Shown: positions 58,728 through 64,000 of the stretch, piece after piece
Position numbering within the stretch: position 1 is the stretch's first letter
How the letters are laid out: each line of letters opens with the position of its first letter
NCBI GenBank assembly: GCA_963721805.1
Contig: CAVRJY010000001.1
Location: 384,001 to 448,000, forward strand
From: Nitrospirota bacterium
Lineage (GTDB): Bacteria > Nitrospirota > Thermodesulfovibrionia > Thermodesulfovibrionales > JdFR-86
DNA length: 64,000 nucleotides
Reading direction: 5' to 3'
Notes under the pieces: generated by a model
What the model was told of the DNA's origin: nothing
Databases searched by the model: none
Seen by the model: the letters and a program-made list of their open reading frames with translations, nothing else
Program-made: the position numbers and the translations under genes

Positions 58728-60841
58728 TGAGCACGAGGGTTCCCAGACTGATATTTATGCTGATGCTTATGGCGCTCGCGCTTTCCGCCTGCGCCACGGG
58801 CCAGATGAAAACCGCCGAGAAGCAGGAGACGCTCATCACCGGCTATGCGTTTTCCGATGGCGCTCTCACCCTCGCGATGAACAACCCCTACTCAGATTCG
58901 TACACGATCTACAAGCCGGGCGACCCCTTCACTGCGGTGGTCGAGATCCCCGGCGTCGGGCTCGGCAATGTCGCCGCCAGCGCCGCATCCAGCAAGGGCG
59001 GGATCACCGAGGCCAAGTTCACCGTGATCAATACGCCGAAGCTCATGACCCGCGTCGAGGTCTCGATGGATTCGCCCTCTGACCTCGTGGCCGAGCGCAC
59101 GGGCAACACGCTCAGGCTCCGCGTGGTGAAGGCCGAGGAGCCCAAGGCCCCGGCGGCAGAGGCTGCACCGGCGGCACCGGCGCAAGAGACCGCCCCGGCG
59201 GCATCCGCGCCAGCGGGCGAGGTCACCAGCATCAGGTTTGAGCCCGGCGCTGGAGACACGCTGAACCTTGTAATCCAGGGCGACGGAGCTATCACGCCCC
59301 AAGTGTACGCCATGGGCGGGAAGGTCATCCTCGACTTCCCCGGCATCAAGATGTCCGCGATGGTCCCGATGAAGGCCGTCCCTCCGGTGCTCGGCATACG
59401 CAAGGGCCTCTACGAGGGCAGCCCGAGGCTCATACTGGATCTGGACCGCGACAGCAGGTTTGACGTCGCGTCGGTGGGCAACTCGGTCGTCCTGACGTTC
59501 AAGAGCTCCTCGGCCGGCAGGTCAGCCGCCACGGCCAGTGAGGCCGCCGAAGGCACCGAGGTCGTCACCGGCACAGCCGCCCCCACAGAGGAACTCAAGG
59601 CGCCTCACGCGAAATACACCGGCAAGATTATCTCCCTGGATTTCCAGGATGCCGACATAGTGCCGATCTTCAGGTTCATAGGCGAGGTGGCCGGGCTGAA
59701 CGTCGTCATACACCCAGACGTGAAGGGCAAGATAACCCTCAAGCTCCTCAACGTGCCTTGGGACCAGGCCCTGGACATAATCCTCAAGCTCTCCGGGCTC
59801 GGAGATTCCATTGACGGCAACATACTCACCATCGCGCCTACCAAGGTCTTCACGGAACAGAAGGAAGATGCGCGCAAGCTGCAGGAGGCCTCAGCGAAGG
59901 CCGCCGATATCGTGCAGGCGACCGTACACCTCGACTATATCGAGGCCGCCGACTTCCAGGCCAAGCTCAAGGAGGCCAGCGTGTTCAGCGACCGCGGCAA
60001 GTCCCGCATCGACCCGCGCACGAACACCCTGATCGTCAACGACACAGAGGACGTCATCAACAGGATCATAAACGAGGAGCGGCCCTACTGGGATACCCCC
60101 GAGCACGGCAAGTTGCAGGTCATGATCGAGGCCCGCATGGTCGAGGTCGACAGCTCGCTTAACCGCACGCTCGGCGTAGCCTGGGGCGGCAACGCCACGA
60201 ACGACAACTTCAGCTTCATACATGACGCGTCCTCGTATGACGTTTCGGTGAATACGCCGGTAGTGCCTGCGGGGCCAAACGTCAACATCGGCGGCCCCGG
60301 AGGGGTCCTGTCAATCGGATATACCGAGACCTTTAAAGCCAACCTGTCCATACAGGCGCTCGAGTCGGTCGACGAGGCGAGGAGCCTCGCCAACCCCAAG
60401 GTGCTGACGATGGACGGCCATGCGGCCAAGATCGAGCAGGGCGCGCAGATACCGTACCAGACAGTCAGCTCAAACGGCACGCAGACGCAGTTCGTCAGCG
60501 CCACGCTGAGCCTCGAGGTGACGCCTGAGATACAGCCCAACGGGATAATCAAGATGAAGATCAAGGCCAAGAACGACTCGCCTACGACGGTGCAGGGGGC
60601 CTCGGCGCCCGCCATCAACACACAGAACGTTGAGACCAGCGCCCTGATCCGCGACGGCGAGACGCTCGTACTGGGCGGCATCTACAAGCAGAAGAACGAG
60701 GATACCGAGGGCGGCATTCCGTACCTGCACAATATACCGTTCCTCGGCTGGCTTTTCAAGACGAGAGGGACGATCAACAACCAGACGGAGCTGCTGATAT
60801 TCATAACGCCGACCATCGTCAACCGCACGGCCAGCAGGTAA
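58727..60841 (+). CDS. pilQ: Type IV pilus secretin PilQ
   Basis: LSAC lipobox, AMIN-like domains, ISLDFQDADI, VPWDQALD, IP.LGWLFK, ELLIFITP. Confidence 0.94.
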   Translation: MSTRVPRLIFMLMLMALALSACATGQMKTAEKQETLITGYAFSDGALTLAMNNPYSDSYTIYKPGDPFTAVVEIPGVGLGNVAASAASSKGGITEAKFTVINTPKLMTRVEVSMDSPSDLVAERTGNTLRLRVVKAEEPKAPAAEAAPAAPAQETAPAASAPAGEVTSIRFEPGAGDTLNLVIQGDGAITPQVYAMGGKVILDFPGIKMSAMVPMKAVPPVLGIRKGLYEGSPRLILDLDRDSRFDVASVGNSVVLTFKSSSAGRSAATASEAAEGTEVVTGTAAPTEELKAPHAKYTGKIISLDFQDADIVPIFRFIGEVAGLNVVIHPDVKGKITLKLLNVPWDQALDIILKLSGLGDSIDGNILTIAPTKVFTEQKEDARKLQEASAKAADIVQATVHLDYIEAADFQAKLKEASVFSDRGKSRIDPRTNTLIVNDTEDVINRIINEERPYWDTPEHGKLQVMIEARMVEVDSSLNRTLGVAWGGNATNDNFSFIHDASSYDVSVNTPVVPAGPNVNIGGPGGVLSIGYTETFKANLSIQALESVDEARSLANPKVLTMDGHAAKIEQGAQIPYQTVSSNGTQTQFVSATLSLEVTPEIQPNGIIKMKIKAKNDSPTTVQGASAPAINTQNVETSALIRDGETLVLGGIYKQKNEDTEGGIPYLHNIPFLGWLFKTRGTINNQTELLIFITPTIVNRTASR

Positions 60842-60977
60842 TGCCGGCGTCGGATCATGGCATCGGCGGGTGCAGCGGCACCACAGGTGGCACAAGCGCG
60901 CGCGAGCGCCGTAATAGCTACGTGGCCGGACAGCTGCCCGGCACTTACAGACCTATCGTGATGAGGGGACAACTGAA

Positions 60978-63726
60978 ATGATACGCAAGAACGCTTCATT
61001 CATAGGCATACTGATGCTCCTGCTAATGCCCTCGCTGATGGCGGCTGTTTTCACGGGCTGCGGCGGCTCGGGCAACAGCGCCTCGTCGGGCGGCTCCTCG
61101 GCTGCGGTCAGCTCCGCGTCGCTGGGCAAGATCGGTATCCAGGGCCTCGTCAACTCAGCGTCCGACCTCCTCATCACGAACGCTGCGGGCGACCAGTCCG
61201 AGCCGGACGTCGCCTATGACACGAAACACCCGCAGTATTTCATCGTATGGACCGACAACAGATTAGGTGCATCTCGAACAGCGACATATACGGCGCTCTG
61301 GTTAACGGCCTCGACAATTCCGTATCGATGGACCCTTTCATTATCTCGGACGACGCTTCAACGGCCGACCAGGTCCACCCCGCAGTTGCTATAACAGCGG
61401 ATACGCACAAGTTCCTCGTCGTATGGGAGACAGCAGAAACGGCTATTCCCAGATATAGCGGCCAGTTCGTCGACGGCCTGACCGGGACAAGCGGCGAGGG
61501 CGCCAACTTCCCGGTAACCTCGGCTTATACTGCTGACCAGGACGAAACATATCTAGAACCGATTGACGGCAGCGGTATCACAAACGCTTTGACCGGCACC
61601 GTCACAAACACCACGACCTACCAGGCCCAGCATACGCCGTCGGTTACTTACAACACTGTAAAGTCCAAGTTCATGGTGGCATGGCAGGAGAGCACGGACG
61701 CCGACTATCAGTATTTGTATGTAACAGATGTGTGCACCGAATTCGCATTGTTCCCTGAGAAGTATCTCAGGGCTGCCACGGCAGACAATATCATGGTGCG
61801 CTACGCGGTGCTCAATCGTCCTCAGACATAGAGCTGCCAGACGGCAATGGTGACCTTCCAAGGGCCAATTTCAGCTCGCTTGTCATTACTGACGGCCCAC
61901 ATATACAGACAGCTGCTCCGCGACATCAAAAGCAGGCAGACCGTTATAAAATTACGACGCTCATGGGCAGCGAGTCCTCTCCGAGGATAGGTTTCCACCC
62001 CACAGACGGCGTCCCTATCATTATGTGGTCGGGCAAGAAGAAAGCAGTTACATACACAGTCAAGTTCGCTGGCACTTATGACAGCTGGGACCGACAGTTG
62101 GAAATGGACGGAAACCGGCCCTACGTTCACAACGAGCGACGCGGATACCTACAGGAATATCTATCTCAGGAAGGACACTCTTGGGCTCGTTACTGATCTG
62201 GCCCTTACGCCGGATTCTACTAATTTCTATAATCCGTCCTTCGCGCCAGCGGTCGACAGGCTGCTCGTTGTTTGGGAAGCTGCTTCAACTAACAGAGATA
62301 TCTATGGCGAGTTTGTAGACTATGACCATTAGTCCGCTGAGCTTCACGCCTCTCGATCTCTACCGCGCAGGGCAACCAGACCAACCCGAAGGTTGCTTAC
62401 GAATCCAGCAATGACAGGTTCTTCGTGATCTGGGAGGACGGCCGCAATCTCTCGGTCAACCCCTCGAACATGGACGTATACGGCCAATTCATAGACTCGA
62501 GCGATACGCTCTCGGGTGCGAACTTCATTCTTGACCACGAATACGAGCAACCAGTCCCAACCGGCCCTCTCGTTCGCGACGACACGGAGTCACAGAAGTT
62601 CCTGGTAGGCTGGAAGGACGGCCGCAACGCCTCGCTTCCGGGCTCACCGACCGGGCAGTCGGACTTGTACGCCAACCTTTGGAGTGGCTCAACCGCACCG
62701 AACCTCGTTGTGGCGGACAACGCCACCCCTGCGTGCCGCTTTATACGCAGTCACACGACTTCGGCGGGCTCGTAAACGGGGCCGCCCGTTACGTTTCGTC
62801 ATCAGGATATACAATAACGGCAACGCCCCCTTAACATACGGAACCTTTACGGGCGAGCGCAATCGTAAATGTCGGAGTGGCCAACAGCGCCAGTGCCGTT
62901 TAATATCGACGAGCACGATCCCGACAATGATCCTCGCCGGTGAGCTACACCACCATAGGCGTGCAGTTTCAGCCCGGCCGGTCGGCCCCAATCTACAGCG
63001 GCATCGCTCACGATCAACAGCGACGGCGGCACAACAGTGCTCCAGTTCACCGGCTCGCTGATCTCGGGCACCGCAAGTCCGATCTCATCAACGTAGCCTC
63101 ATCATCCGTCCCAACCGGTACGTAGAACACGACCTATACTGGCACTGTTGTGGCTAGCGGTGGGGTTATCCCCTATACTTTCAGCATAAGCTCGGGCACG
63201 CTACCTAACGGTCTTTCAATCGAAGGCTCAAGCGGCGTGATCAGCGGCACACCTACAGCGAATGGCACGAACAATTTCACAGTAATGGTGACTGACGCAA
63301 TAGCTGCCCATGCCAGCCAGTCAATTCAGCGTCACGATCACCGGTGCACCTTCTGGCGGCGGTGGTGGCGGCGGCGGCGGTGGCGGTGGCGGCGGAGGCA
63401 GCAGTAGCGGCGGGAAAGAGGCGTGCTTCATAGCCACGGCTGCGTACGGGAGCTACCTTGACCCGCACGTCATGGCGCTGCGCGTGTTCCGCGACAGGTA
63501 TCTGCTAACGAACCCGGCAGGCCGCGAGTTCGTAGCGTTCTACTACCGCAACTCGCCGCCCATAGCGGACTTCATATCACAGCACGAGGCGCTCAGGACG
63601 GCCACGCGCATGGCCCTGACGCCCATCGTATACGGCGTCCAGTACCCGCTGTTCGGCTTCGGCATGATCGCCGCCGCCGGAGCGGCCCCGCTGATAAGGC
63701 GGCGTCTCAGGAAGCGCCAGAAGTAA
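60978..63726 (+). CDS. Large surface protein, heavily frameshifted: lipobox, propeller-like repeats, Ig (He_PIG-like) domain, poly-Gly linker, CFI-box-CTERM
   Basis: FTGC; repeated P.VAY...F.VW.D.R...DIYG..V units; [27 protein letters not shown] + TM + basic tail. Confidence 0.7.
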
Positions 63727-63770
63727 GACTCCAGTCCAAAACCTGCGGGCCGGGTCGCGCGTAAGCGCCC

Positions 63771-64000
63771 CGGCCCGCTTGCACGTTCAGCCCCCCGCTT
63801 ATCACGCTTGCAGCAAGAGAAGGGCCTGTGGCCCCCCGGCCCGCTTGCACGTTATTTATCACGCTTGCGGTAGGGGAAGGGGGCAGTCGCCCCCCGGCCC
63901 GCTTGCACGTTCAGCCCCCCGCTTATCACGCTTGCAGCAAGGGAAGGGGCCTGTGGCCCCCCGCCCGCTTGCACGTTAGTTATTTATCACGCTTGCGGTA
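63771..64000. repeat. Tandem alternating A/B palindromic repeat array running off the window end
   Basis: CCCGCTTGCACGTT...TTATCACGCTTGC units at about 63771, 63837, 63895, 63961 (66/58/66 bp), separated by GC hairpins. Confidence 0.85.

Noticed and set aside
63771..64000. CRISPR array
   Set aside because: The intervening sequences themselves repeat in A/B alternation rather than being unique spacers, and no cas genes are visible

Overview
GC-rich bacterial chromosomal window from a probable sulfite/sulfate-reducing anaerobe. The dsrA-dsrB-dsrD-dsrN cluster is reductive-type, and the short DsrA and gene context suggest Nitrospirota/Thermodesulfovibrionia-like or Desulfobacterota-like affinity (inference). 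Housekeeping blocks include cdaA-cdaR-glmM-comEC, two type IVa pilins, pilMNOPQ, tmk, a MesB-like methionine synthase, an actP acetate-permease locus, birA-coaX-galT, truB and tRNA-Phe(GAA). Many genes, including normally essential ones, carry single-base frameshifts, most likely long-read consensus errors. The most striking unannotated signal is a family of ~170-200 bp non-coding elements: 8 full copies and 4 fragments. Each folds into a ~125-nt bulged hairpin with compensatory changes between two subfamilies, followed by a second hairpin and a conserved GGTCAACGGC end. Seven of the 8 full copies start 0-35 nt after the stop codon of a co-oriented gene. At 31.2-34.3 kb they alternate with toxin-antitoxin and HEPN cargo like a cassette array without canonical attC sites. 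One copy is split by an IS30 element with a 2-bp target duplication, and short REP-like palindromes nest into the elements at fixed positions.
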